From contig CAXXVL010000002.1 in assembly GCA_963667845.2 (NCBI GenBank), forward strand, positions 2,656,001 through 2,720,000: a stretch of 64,000 nucleotides of DNA. Direction: 5' to 3'. This DNA comes from Smithellaceae bacterium (GTDB taxonomy: Bacteria > Desulfobacterota > Syntrophia > Syntrophales > Smithellaceae). The translations under genes and the position numbers were made by a program. Shown piece by piece: positions 27,856-39,700 of this stretch. The first letter of the stretch is position 1. Each line of letters begins with the position of its first letter. Under the pieces are notes generated by a model. It searched no databases. It was not told the DNA's origin and saw only the letters and a list, made by a program, of their open reading frames with translations.

Positions 27856-28290
27856 ATGGCATATTATACTGATCTTTCACCATACGAGTATATTAAATCA
27901 AAGGCAAAAGATAAGATACTAAATATTGGTTGGCTTGATAAAGAGCATATATTTGCGAAAGGAAAAGTTGATTGCTCGTTATTGGAATTAATTTTTTGCT
28001 TGTGCAGAAGATCCGTTAACAAGACCAGAGGATACCATTTATGTCCTTTTTGCAGTGATCCATCGTTCGGGTTTACTGTTGAAATAAAAAAAGAAAAAAT
28101 TGTTTTAGGGTCAGCTGAGATTTGGGTTAAAGGTGAAGATGGCAAGATATATGCGGCCCCCAATTTAATATACCACTACATTAGAGATCATAATTATCTA
28201 CCACCAAATGAGTTTCTATTGGCAATTAAAAGAGGTGAAATAGTCGATCCTGAAGAGACCCCAGATGGTACCGAGGTGGGACGCCCTTGA
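27856..28290 (+). CDS. Putative immunity protein (Cys/His-rich, RGxHxCxxC)
   Basis: Immediately follows the RHS tip; GGAGG RBS; AT-rich; motifs NIGWLD, RGYHLCPFC, LGSAEI and YAAPNLIYHYIRDHNYLPPNEF. Confidence 0.7.
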   Translation: MAYYTDLSPYEYIKSKAKDKILNIGWLDKEHIFAKGKVDCSLLELIFCLCRRSVNKTRGYHLCPFCSDPSFGFTVEIKKEKIVLGSAEIWVKGEDGKIYAAPNLIYHYIRDHNYLPPNEFLLAIKRGEIVDPEETPDGTEVGRP

Positions 28291-28392
28291 GGACAACAGG
28301 GACAATAGGGGACGCCCTGAACCTACCCCAGTTTAACGGACACTTCAAAAAGTATACAGAGTCGTATACAATGAAGAAGAAAGGAGTGTCCG

Positions 28393-28698
28393 ATGAGAAA
28401 GCAGAGGCAGTCATTTAGCCGGGAATTTAAGCTGGAAGCAGTGAGGTTAATGGAAGAAGGAAAGAAGCCACCTGCGGAACTAGCCCGGGAGCTTGGGCTA
28501 AGGAGAAACCAGCTTTATAAATGGAAAGAAAAGACGGATCTACATGGTGGCGGTGCGTTTCCCGGACATGGGCGACGAGCTTCAAGCGGAACAGAAGCGG
28601 AAGAGATCAGCAAATTGAAACGCGAGTTGGAACGAGTTAAGGAAGAGAATGAAATCTTAAAAAAAGCCGCAGCGTTCTTTGCGCGGGAAATGAAGTGA
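28393..28698 (+). CDS. IS3 transposase OrfA (HTH)
   Basis: FSREFKLEAV, LARELG, ENEILKKAAAFFA motifs; A7G slippery run at 28659-28666 leads into the OrfB frame. Confidence 0.93.
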   Translation: MRKQRQSFSREFKLEAVRLMEEGKKPPAELARELGLRRNQLYKWKEKTDLHGGGAFPGHGRRASSGTEAEEISKLKRELERVKEENEILKKAAAFFAREMK

Positions 28699-29558
28699 AG
28701 TATCGGTTTATCCGGTCGCAGAGAACGCAATATAGAGTAGCGGTGATGTGTAGAGTATTAGAAGTATCCAGAAGTGGATATTATGGTTGGATGGATCGTC
28801 CGGAGAGCGAACGAACAAAACGGCATCGAGAATTAACCGTTAAGATACGGCAGGCGCATCTTGCCAGCAGGAAGATATATGGCGCGCCGCGCATTCATGG
28901 CGAGTTGATTGATCAAGGGGAACAAGTTGGTCGAAACACCGTGGCCAGTTTGATGCGGAAAGCGAATATTCAATCAAAAGTACATAAACGTTTTGTGGTA
29001 ACGACCGATTCAAGAGGAACCAGAAAACCCGCTGAGAACTTACTAGGCGGAGAATTTACATCAGACACAGCCAATCGGAAGTGGGTATCTGATGTGACGT
29101 TTATCCCGACCCGGAAAGGCTGGTTATATTTATCGGCGATCATGGACCTTTATTCCCGAATGGTTGTTGGCTGGTCAATGGGGGAGAAAAACAGTACCGA
29201 GTTGATTGAGGATGCCTTAAAGATGGCGACGGCTCACAGAAAAAACATTAAGGGCGTGCTTTTGCATTCGGACCAGGGTGTGCAGTATGCGTCGACATCT
29301 TATCAGCAGCTGTTAAGCAACCTGGGTATCATCTGCAGCATGAGCCGGAAAGGTAATTGTTGGGATAATGCACCGATGGAGAGTTTCTTTCATTCTTTGA
29401 AAACCGAGTGGGTAGGCTTTGAGGATTACAAGACCCGATCGGAAGCCCGAGCCAGCCTGTTTGATTACATCGAGCTCTTTTATAATCGCAAACGCAGGCA
29501 TTCTACGTTACAGAACAGAAGTCCCTGGGCCTTTGAAAATGCCGGGGTTGTCCCTTAA
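28695..29558 (+). CDS. IS3 transposase OrfB (DDE integrase core)
   Basis: WVSDVTF, HSDQGVQY, GNCWDNAPMESFF and YNRKRRHS motifs. Confidence 0.95.
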   Translation: MKYRFIRSQRTQYRVAVMCRVLEVSRSGYYGWMDRPESERTKRHRELTVKIRQAHLASRKIYGAPRIHGELIDQGEQVGRNTVASLMRKANIQSKVHKRFVVTTDSRGTRKPAENLLGGEFTSDTANRKWVSDVTFIPTRKGWLYLSAIMDLYSRMVVGWSMGEKNSTELIEDALKMATAHRKNIKGVLLHSDQGVQYASTSYQQLLSNLGIICSMSRKGNCWDNAPMESFFHSLKTEWVGFEDYKTRSEARASLFDYIELFYNRKRRHSTLQNRSPWAFENAGVVP

Positions 29559-29641
29559 CCGAGGTGTCCGTTTTTCTGGGGGAAGATCACCCGTAAAATA
29601 GCAACTTTCCAGGAGGAGAGGCGGCAAATAGAGGAGAGTAG

Positions 29642-29746
29642 ATGCCTAGATCAGGAAGACTAGACGCGCCAGGCGTATTGCATCACATCATGATCAGAGG
29701 GATAGATCACCGGAAGATTTTCATGGACGATAATGATCGAGGTTGA
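29642..29746 (+). pseudogene. Truncated REP-associated tyrosine (Y1/HUH) transposase N-terminus
   Basis: My translation is MPRSGRLDAPGVLHHIMIRGIDHRKIFMDDNDRG*, a typical RAYT N-terminus, with a GAGGAG RBS; too short for the ORF track. Confidence 0.7.
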
Positions 29747-29792
29747 TTTTCTATCAATCAAATTGGATTTGATGGAAATATGACCATAGCGT

Positions 29793-29845
29793 GAAGCAGG
29801 AGCTTCAAATGCAGGTGCGTTTCCAAGCCGGAGCTTGGGAACGAG
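29793..29845. repeat. REP-like double hairpin
   Basis: GAAGC-agga-GCTTC followed by CGTTTCCAAGC-cgga-GCTTGGGAACG-AG. Confidence 0.6.
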
Positions 29846-29936
29846 TCAATGCAAATACTGGAGTCCCAATAACCCTGCAGGTCACACGACGGCGCCGGAA
29901 ATGACAAAAAGCAAAAGATGATGGGAAGGGAAAAAT

Positions 29937-30572
29937 ATGACCAAGAAAAAGATATTATCAATCGGCATTATTATTTTATTTTTAATGATCAACGCGCCAA
30001 GTTCTTACGCCGATTCATTGGATAAAATTCAAATCTTAAAAATATCCGCGCGCGATAAACAGGCCATCGTCAAATTGGAAGACGGAAAGATGCTGATTAT
30101 TAAAATGGGAGAGGAAATAATCATCAGGCCCGAGGAAGAGGTCAGTGCAGACGCCAAAGGACAAAGCACGGATAAAAAAATACAGGTGAAAGACGATAAA
30201 GGGAAGAGCGCCAAGCCGGTTCTGCAGCCCGGGCCTGTCAAAAAAGGAAACATGCTAATCCGCAAAGCAAAGGTGGTGGAGATAACGGCAGATACAATTG
30301 TTCTGGAAGAGGTAACCAAAGCGGGCGCCGAAACAATCATCATGAGTTTGAAAAATAATAACGTTCAGAGTTCAGAGCTCAAGATACAGAGTAAGGATAA
30401 CAAAGGACAGAGTTCAAAGTCCGACGTCCGGGATGCAGGCTCGACTACTGAAATTTACAGAATCAGAAAGCAGCCGGATCAACAGGGAAACAATCTGCTC
30501 AGGAGTCAATCGTCGCAGAATGCAGAACGACAACAAATAAACGATAAATTGCCGAACCAGGGCTTAAATTAA
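29937..30572 (+). CDS. Exported small protein, PilP/GspC-HR-like beta domain
   Basis: Signal peptide (..SSYA); AIVKLEDGKMLIIKMGEEI...AKVVEITADTIVLEE resembles the PilP/GspC-HR pattern, with low-complexity insertions. Confidence 0.5.
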   Translation: MTKKKILSIGIIILFLMINAPSSYADSLDKIQILKISARDKQAIVKLEDGKMLIIKMGEEIIIRPEEEVSADAKGQSTDKKIQVKDDKGKSAKPVLQPGPVKKGNMLIRKAKVVEITADTIVLEEVTKAGAETIIMSLKNNNVQSSELKIQSKDNKGQSSKSDVRDAGSTTEIYRIRKQPDQQGNNLLRSQSSQNAERQQINDKLPNQGLN

Positions 30573-30797
30573 AATAAAAATATCATAGACCCGCGTTACG
30601 CTCCAAAAAAATAAAAAGCAATCTCAGTTAAAAAAACCGATCTGAATAAGAATTCTTAAAAGCGTCAGTGAAATGTTTCAAGGATGAATCGTTTACATAA
30701 ATGCATGGGGGACTATTGCGCCAAGGGCAATGGCGCCTGCTGTGAAGCAACACGACACCCTGGGTCTCTTAACCTATTGTGAAAAAGGGGGTACTTC

Positions 30798-33700
30798 ATG
30801 GACGGAGTATATCGATCGATAACGGATTATGTGAAATATTTGTTTATTGTGTTCGTCGCATTGCTTTCCTTTCCCGCCAATAGTATTGCACAGGAATTCA
30901 CAGCCAAATCCGTCGGCAGTTATGGCAGTATCGCCGTGATGGAGGTTACCGGCAATTATGACGCGAATAATCCCGATGCAGGCATCACGGCCATTCCCCG
31001 GCGGATCATCGCCAACGAATTCTATAAGATCTATAAAGATGAATACGATTTCATCGTTATCTTCTCCAATTTCGATTTCCTGATGCCCAAACCCCAGGCG
31101 CTTGCTTTTTACCACGGTGTCAAGAACGATACGAAAGGCATCGGTGTCCCTTTGTTTGACAATACGGCGCTGTATGGCAGCAACGCGAAATTGCAGGGCA
31201 TGGTGGACATGGGCAATACCGTCGCGCTGGTCTCCGACCCGCTCAGTCCCAAGTTTGAAAATTCGCTCGGTACCCTGTCTCATGAATTGATGCACAGGTG
31301 GTCTGCCTTCGTGAAATTCAAGGGCTTCGACGGTGATCCCAGTTCGGCCTTGCTGGGTGAAGACGGGATGCACTGGAGCTTTCTGCTCGATTCGCGCGGG
31401 TCGTTGATGTATGGAAATCAGTGGCAGGACAATGGCAACGGAACATTCACGTCGATTTCCATGCGAAAAAATTACAGCCCGCTGGATCTTTATCTGATGG
31501 GGTTCATCGACAAAGCCCAGGTGCCGCCGATAATGCTGATTGAAAATTCAGATGTTAACCCGGCCAGGATGCCTGAGCTCGGCGCGACAATCACCGGCAC
31601 GGCGCGCCATATTACAATCGACGAAATCATTGCCTTGGAAGGGGAGCGGATTCCCGCGTCCGCTGATTCTCAGAAGACCTTCAAAATAGCGTTCATCCTG
31701 GTGACCCGGCCGGGCACGTTCAGTGGGAATGAACTGACCGGAATCGAGGTGATGCGGCAGGAATGGCTTAAACGTTATTCCATTCTGACGGACGGCATTG
31801 GTCTGATTGATGTCGATCTGAAGTCCAAAGAAGACATACCGATCGGCGGCGGCTATCCCGATCCGGTTGTCACGCCCCGGCCTTTGCCGCCCAATATTGA
31901 AGACGGTGTCCAGTGGCTGATGGCCAGTCAAAAGACAGAAGGCAACTGGATGGATTTGTCCCGGACAACGGTAAGAGATACAACGGAAACACTACAGGCT
32001 TTGAAGAACTTTTCCGTAGCCCAGCATAATTATTCCAGGGGACTCCAGTGGCTTTCCGGCAATAATCTAACCGTTACGGATTATCTCGCCAGAAAGATTG
32101 AAACGCTGAAACTGTCCGGTCAGGATGTCGCCGCCCTGCTGGCGGATCTTGTTTCCAGACAGAATAGCGACGGCGGCTGGGGCAGTAATAAAACCTATAT
32201 GAGCAACCCGATGGATACATCTTTTGCTCTGAGGGCATTATCAGCGACAGGTTATGCCGATCAAAGCATCGTTACTCCGGCAATCGCCTATTTGAAATCC
32301 ACACAAAATGGTGACGGCGGCTGGGGCAATGAGGAGGGCAGTAACATTGAAAGCACGGCCAATGTGCTCGGCGCTTTTAACAAGTATCGCCAACAATATG
32401 TACTGGAAGATCCAATCAAAAACGCCTTGGCTTTCCTGAATGCCCGCCAGAACGGAGATGGCGGGTTTGGCAACAGCCCCAGCACGGTTTACGATACGGC
32501 GATGGCCGTCATTGCTTTACAGGACATAAAAGGGCTTACCTCCGGCATTCAACAGGGCGTCAATTTCATCCTCGGCCTTCAGTCGGGGGACGGCAGCTGG
32601 TATGGCAGCGCCCATCAGACGGCGATGGCCGTCAGCGCGGTTTGGAACGCAACGGTGACGCCGGACCTTGCCATCGATCCACAGGACATTACTTTTACCC
32701 CCAATACCATCACCGGTCTTCCGGCATCGATCACCGTCAATGCGAAGATAACAAATCTGGGCAGGACGGATGTGCCGCAGGTAAAGGTTGTGCTGTATGA
32801 CAGCGTTGTGTCGGAGGCAACAAAGGTTGGCGAGCAGCTGGTTGCATTTCCCGGCCAGTCAGCGGTCAGCATTTCCTTCCCGATTATCATCAGGGACGGC
32901 AATGCCCATAAGTTCTATATATCCATTGACCCGGATAATGTTGTCGCCGAGTCGAATAAGGTCAATAATGTTGCTGTCAACATGATCAGCCCGGCAACGA
33001 CTTATGACTTTGAAACGCTTTCTTCCGATATCAGCTTCTCGCAAAATCCCGTGGATATCACGAAGGATGTGACGATCTCGTCTAAAATAAGCAACAAAGG
33101 CATCATGAATACCTACAATGTTCAGGTCAAATACTATATTGACGACCCCGCCGGGCGGATAGACATTGCCACCGCGACGGTTGATATTCCGGCCAATGCC
33201 GTGATTGCCAGTCAGGTTGTCTGGAAGACCGGCAAAGCGGGGAGCAATCTGCCTGTTGCGATAGAGGTTGATCCAAACAATGCCTTTACGGAGATTTCCA
33301 AAACAAATAACAAAGCAATTGCCGGACTTACTGTTAACGGTTCGACTCAGCCGAATCTAACGGCTTCTTTCAAAGATATTATTATTACCCCGGCAGTGAT
33401 CAACCAGCAAGGCAGTGTCAATATAAAGGCGACCATCCGTAATGAAGGCTTTGCGCCGGTCAGCACTGTAAAGGTTGATTTTTATCTGGGTGTCCCCGGT
33501 GTTGACGGGGTGTTGATCGGCAGCCAGACGATCTTGTCCCTGGCTGCCGGACTGAGCGCACAAGTTTCACTGGACTGGCTCAGCATTCCGGTTTCCGGAG
33601 AAAAGATTCTCTATGTCCGGGTCGATCCTGATAATTTTCTGCCGGAAATTACCAAGGAAGACAATGACGCCTTCACAACCATTACTATCCTCAGTATCCC

Positions 33701-36700
33701 CGATCTGGCGATATCGGCCAATTCCATCACGTTTGACCCTTCGGCGCCCAAAGATGGCGATACGGTGGCGATCAATATCATCGTGAAAAATCTCGGCCGG
33801 CAGGCCGCGAATAACGTGACGGTGAGAGCGTCGGAAAGCGATACAGTCATCGGCAGTCAGGCTATCTCCGTCATAGCCGGTAATTCCCAGGGCACTGCAA
33901 CTGTCTCATTTAATACCACCGGAAAGCCGGGCGCGCATGAGATAACGGTTGCGGTTGATCCGGATAATTTGATTGTAGAACGCAGCAAAGACAACAATAT
34001 CGCTATGCGTGCATTCGGCGTTCAGGATGCCAATCTCTGGGTGACGGAGAAATATATATCGCCCAATGGCGACGGCATTAAAGACAGTACGGACTTCTTC
34101 TTCAGGCTAAGTTTGACGCAATCCGTCAAAATTAACGTGATCAATGAGCGCGGTGAAGTTGTCCGCACGTTTAATGATGATACATTGAGCAATATATCGG
34201 GTGGCAATATCTCCTGGAACGGTTTCAATGACAACGGCATGGTTGTTGCGGACGGCGAGTATCAAATTACAATTGTTGACGCGGGAAGTAATAATATCGG
34301 AAGCCTCGTAGTGACGGTCGATAACAACCAGTCGCCTCTGGTCAAAGCAATCGGCACAAAATATCTTCTGAAGAATAATCTCACCTGCATGCTGCCTGAT
34401 ATAACAGACTGGCAATGGTTCCCGGACGAAAGCGGTATGTTGATCCAGATAAACAACGCGAATCCGGATGCACCCGAATATACGGCCGGATTATACACAG
34501 TATCGCCCGACGGCCAGGATATATTAAGAATAGTTCCCTGGGAGTGGAGTGATCAGGATGCAAAATACAGTTATTCGATCGATAAAGAAATATCCCCCGA
34601 CGGCAATCAGGTTCTTGTTGTCCTGAAAAAATGGGAAAAATTCGACTGGTACAGCACGCTTGTCTTGAGCCAATTATGGGTCGTTGATAAAGACGGGAGA
34701 AATTTGCGGCTGTTGGATTCCTATGATTCATCTGTGAACAAGTGGATCGAGCGCGGAGGATGGTTACCCGACAGCAAACAACTGGCTTATTCAGTGAGCA
34801 GTGAATTGTGGCTCATCAAATCCGATGGTGCGGACAAAGTTAAGATTGATTCGACGGCCGGCGGCGGCCTTGGATATCATAAGTGGTCGCCCGACGGCAA
34901 AAAGATGATTTACGAATATATTACCTACGACGAAACCGGCAGCTGGGATTGTCGTCTGGAACTGATCAACACTGCGGGAGGAAAAAGAGTCCTTACCCTG
35001 GGAAATGATGTCGGAGAGTATGGTTTTGAATGGCTGGGCAATGAAAAGATCATTGTGAAATCAAACCTGTATAGCGATTTTAATCAGTATCTCTGGCTTG
35101 TTGATTCAACTGGAATAGGGAATCACATAAAACTATCCGACAACTTGCGCAGTTTTGAAATTAACCCGGGCAAGACGAAGGCATTGTTTATTGAAGATAG
35201 TCCCGATCACACATTTCTGAAGATCGTTGACGCCAACGGCGATATTTCCCCCGTTTACGAGACTCGCAAATATCAACCCACTGCAAGCATTGTCAGTGTC
35301 CGAGAAAATACATCGCCCGTTTCCAGGGTTCAAAAAGATGTTGCAGTCCCGGCGAATCAGAGTATGAGTGCCAGCTGGTCGCCGGACGGAACAAAGATAG
35401 CCCTCTATGATAATACATACGAATTGATTGATGAGTGTCATGCCGTTCAATATCTCGTTGTGATTGATTTAAAGACAAATTCTCAAAAGGCGTATCCGTC
35501 GTCAACCTGCGTGAATACCTGCGATACTAATTTAGGATATCAATCAGACGGCAAAACCCGCGTTGCCTCGGCAAAGAGAGACCTGCTCAACGATAAAAAT
35601 GCGAATTCCCAAACAGACCCCGTCAATGGAAATTTCCGTAACGGATATATCGCCTGTGTCGTCGTTGTTGATCCGTCGTGCGCCCACGATGGCGCCAATG
35701 GTCTGCGGTGGCTTTCAGATAACGTGTCTCTGCTCAGTTCTAATGGCGACGGACTATTTGCGCTCAATTCTGATGATGGAACAAAAGTCTATCTGCCTGT
35801 CCCCAGTGAAGCGACGTTATCGCCATTCGGCAGATATTTCACATACGGGCAATACGTGGATGACACAAGCATCTGCCACGGACGGGGGTATCAGGATATC
35901 TGGGCTATGAGTTCGCTGCTTAACCTGACAGCCGACTTGTTCGTGAAGAAAGAAAAGTCTGCGGTTGTCCTGCGGGGTACAGCCGCGGACCTGCATTTCG
36001 AGGGATATAAGCTCGAATACGCCGATGCGCAGAATCCGACTGTCTGGAAGCTGGTCAAACCGCCGTCCGATGTTTCGGTGATCAATGACGTATTGACAAC
36101 ATGGGTTCCACCCTCTGAAGGCGTGTTTTATGTAAAGCTTACCGTCTGGGATAAAGCCGGAAACGTCAAATGGGACAGAAAAAGAGTGACCTGGGGACTG
36201 TCGGCCAGTATCAGCAATCTTTATAAAACGATTGACCTGATGTCGCCCAACGGTGACGGGATGAAGGATACCGTTGAACTGCATTACACGGTTCTGGAGC
36301 CCGTCAATCTGGAGTTTAACATTTATGACGCGAACAACAATGTGGTCAGAATGTATGCAAAGTCACACGCATCAACCGGCGAGGATTTTATTGCTTGGGA
36401 CGGCAGGGACAGCAATGGGCAGACGGTGCCGGACGGCAAATACCGGATACAGGTGTTTGATTATGATTTTTTTGTAACGGTCGATAACACGGCACCGAAT
36501 ACGAATATAGAACTGTCGTTAATAAAGCAGCAATGTCTTACGCGTCCGGATGAAATTTCCCCGGAAGACTGTTCTCTCTATGTTGATATGCACGGTCTTG
36601 CCTACGACGTGAACCTGGGCGGCTGGATAGCCGAGTATGGTGCAGGCGATAATCCCCCGGAATGGTTTGAATATTTGAAGGGAGAAAGCGTGCTCGCTGC

Positions 36701-39700
36701 CGCCGATGAAGGCGGCAACATCCTGTCGCCGTTGCAAATGACGAAAATTGCGACAATTACAGGTAATGATATTGCTTGGTTCATCGGCAAAAAGATTCGA
36801 TTGGCCGCATCGGATTATGCGGCTAATCGAAGTACGGCTGTATCAAGCCAACTTGAGGAGAGAGTCATCCTTTTTAAATGGGATGACAAGAATCTGAGCC
36901 TGAAAGAAAGTAGTGCCAGAACAGCCTTCCTTCCTGCAAACCTGATCCGTACAGGAGTTCATGACCTCAGCGTCCTGCTCACAGTCAGGACACCTATTGT
37001 CGGCATGTGTGTCCAGTACTGGAACGGTCATCAATGGATTGACGGCCCGCAAAACAATAATCCTCCTGCCGGATACACAAACATTCAATGGAACAATGCG
37101 GACATCAATCCGGACGACATCATTGCGGTCAGGGTAGGGGCGATGGATGAAACGGGCAACGAGCACTATTCCAGCATCTTTTATGTTCGCCCGACGCTGG
37201 CACTAACGGCATCATGTAACGGAAACGCCTTTGCTCACAATTACACGCTCCAAAAGCTCAGCCGCCTCGCATTGCAGATTATCAGCACGGACGATACAAA
37301 TTACCTGGAATGGACGGATTGGGTGGTCTATGAGACCGCCGGCGGGAACAGTGTGCCGGAAGGAGAATTCCAATTCATTGACGCGCTTTCCGACAGCAAT
37401 AGAGTAAAGCCGGGCAAGAGTTATACGTTCAGGATGCTGGTCACCGAGTCGGGTGAGAATCCGCAAAACTACGAACCCGTGACGCTGGCTTATCCTCCAA
37501 AGTGCATGCAAATGGGGTTGTTTATCGACTATCCGGAAGCCTTACAATGCAATGCTTTATCCGGAACAGCCGATCTGAGGATTGAATTAAAGAAGGGAAT
37601 GTATGAGACAGCCAATCAGTATGTAAGCCTTGATTACTCCTTGCGTGATGCGAAAGGCTCGCAGCTGCTGAGGCACATCGACCTGTCCAAGAATCAAAAT
37701 ATGTCTATCCGGATTGACACGACGCAAATTCCGGAAGGCCGCTATACCGCCGAAGCAAAACTTAAATATGTTGATTTGAATAACAATCTTCAGACGATCG
37801 AGGCCGATGCAGCGCTTGTTGTGGACAGGACGCTTCCCATAGCCGCAATCACGTATCCGACGGATTCAACAACCGTGTGTCCCGTTAAGAAGGCGAACGC
37901 CGGTGGCGATCGTTTTGAAATCCCCATTGAAGGCATTGCCGCGGACGCAACCGGGATAAGAGACTATGCGTTTTACTATGGCATTGGCGAAAATCTGGAG
38001 GCGCCCCGGCAGGCTGATGTAACCGATATCAAGAAGGCGCAAGTGCATGGCAAAATGGGTGATTGGAATGTCACGAATCTGTCCGGGGCGGATTACAATC
38101 TGAGATTAAAGGTTGTCGATACTGTTGGAAATACTAGTTGTCATGCGGCGAAACTGACTGTCGATAAGCGTATAGAGATCCATCTGTTCAGCGATAAATA
38201 CCTCTTTTCACCAAATGGTGACGGTGTGCTCGACGATGTGACTGTTAATTACGATATCAGCGAATACGCCAAAGTTGATGCAAAGGTTTACAGATTGTTG
38301 GAACAATCGGATCATACCTATGTGCTGGACCAGGCGCCCATTAAGACAATTGCTGCGGGAATGACTCACATCGGCGGGGCGGGATATCTTACATGGGATG
38401 GGACGACTGACGCAGGCCCTGCCGCGGCCGACGATATATACGGTATTACTTTACTGGCAACAGATTCCTGCGGCAACGCCAACACAAAATGGATTCCCGT
38501 GCGAGTGGATAACACACCGCCTGCAACGGTCGTAAAGTATCCCCGCCCTCCGGATGTTCTGGGCAACGTCGTTGAAGTCAGGGGAACAGCGGATGATCTT
38601 CACTTTCAAAGTTATGTTATTGAAGCCGGGCAAGGGCAAAATCCGGAAAGCTTTGCCTATGTCGCTTCCGGCGCCAGCGCCGTAAAAGAAGAAACCATCC
38701 TGGGCAAATGGAATACCTTTGGTTTAGAAGGGGCATGGACATTGCGGCTGACGGGCAAAGATGTCGTCGGCAATGAACAGGCGACAACCGTAACGATCAA
38801 TCTCGGACAACGAAAGAATCTCGTCAAAGATATTGGTTTATTACCAACGCTCTTCTCACCCAACAATGACGGCAAACTTGATACAACGATAGTCAAATAT
38901 GAACTCACAGATGCCTGTCAGATCAAGATTGAAATACTGGATTCTGACAATGTAGTTCGGAAAACTTATACCGACACAACGCCGACTCAGGGTTCTTGCA
39001 CCTATGTCTGGGATGGCAAAAATGATGCGGGAGTCGTTGTTCCCGACGGCGTTTATAAACTTTTGCTGACCGCCGCGCTTTCAACAAATACAGCCATAAC
39101 TCAGACAGAAGCTGCAACGGTCACCGTCGATGTCACAACACCGACCATCGATATTAAACAGCCACTGAACGATTCATATCTTAAAGTCGGTTCATTGTCT
39201 GTCTTTGGGACGGTCAGCGATAAGAATATCAAGGAGTATGCAACTGTTTATTCCGGTGATAACGGCAATGTGTCGCTTGATGCGGGCAATCAGAACAGAG
39301 AAAACTACATTTTCAGTGCGCTGACGGAAATACCTGAAGGTAAATACACGCTGAATGTCAAAGCGAAAGATAATGCAGAAAACATAAAGGACAGCAACAT
39401 CGTCTTTACCATCGACACAACCTCGCCGCAAGTCATATTGGATAAGCCGAAAACCGGCGAGTATTACGGTTCGGATAAAAACACGATTAATATTGCCGGC
39501 AGCATCATTGAGAAGAATCTTGACTATTTTAAACTCAGATATGGTCCGGGGGACAATCCAGCTCAATGGATCGATCTGCAGACGGCGAACACGGTGCCGA
39601 CAAATCCGCAGCTCTATACTTGGAGAGTCGGTAAAAATGACGGTGTGGCCGACGGCGTTTATACGATGTCGCTCTATGCCAAAGACAAGGCCGATTGGAC

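Larger units (their letters stand above)
28318..29589 (+). mobile_element. IS3-family insertion sequence (1,272 bp), apparently intact
   Basis: IRL TGAACCTACCCCAGTTTAACGGACACTTC vs reverse-complemented IRR TGATCTTCCCCCAGAAAAACGGACACCTC (22/29 identical by my count); TG...CA ends; CCC target duplication on both sides. Confidence 0.95.

Noticed and set aside
31890..32660. Squalene-hopene cyclase or alpha-2-macroglobulin thioester domain
   Set aside because: Only the structural QW repeats are present; no DxDD or GCxEQ motif was seen.
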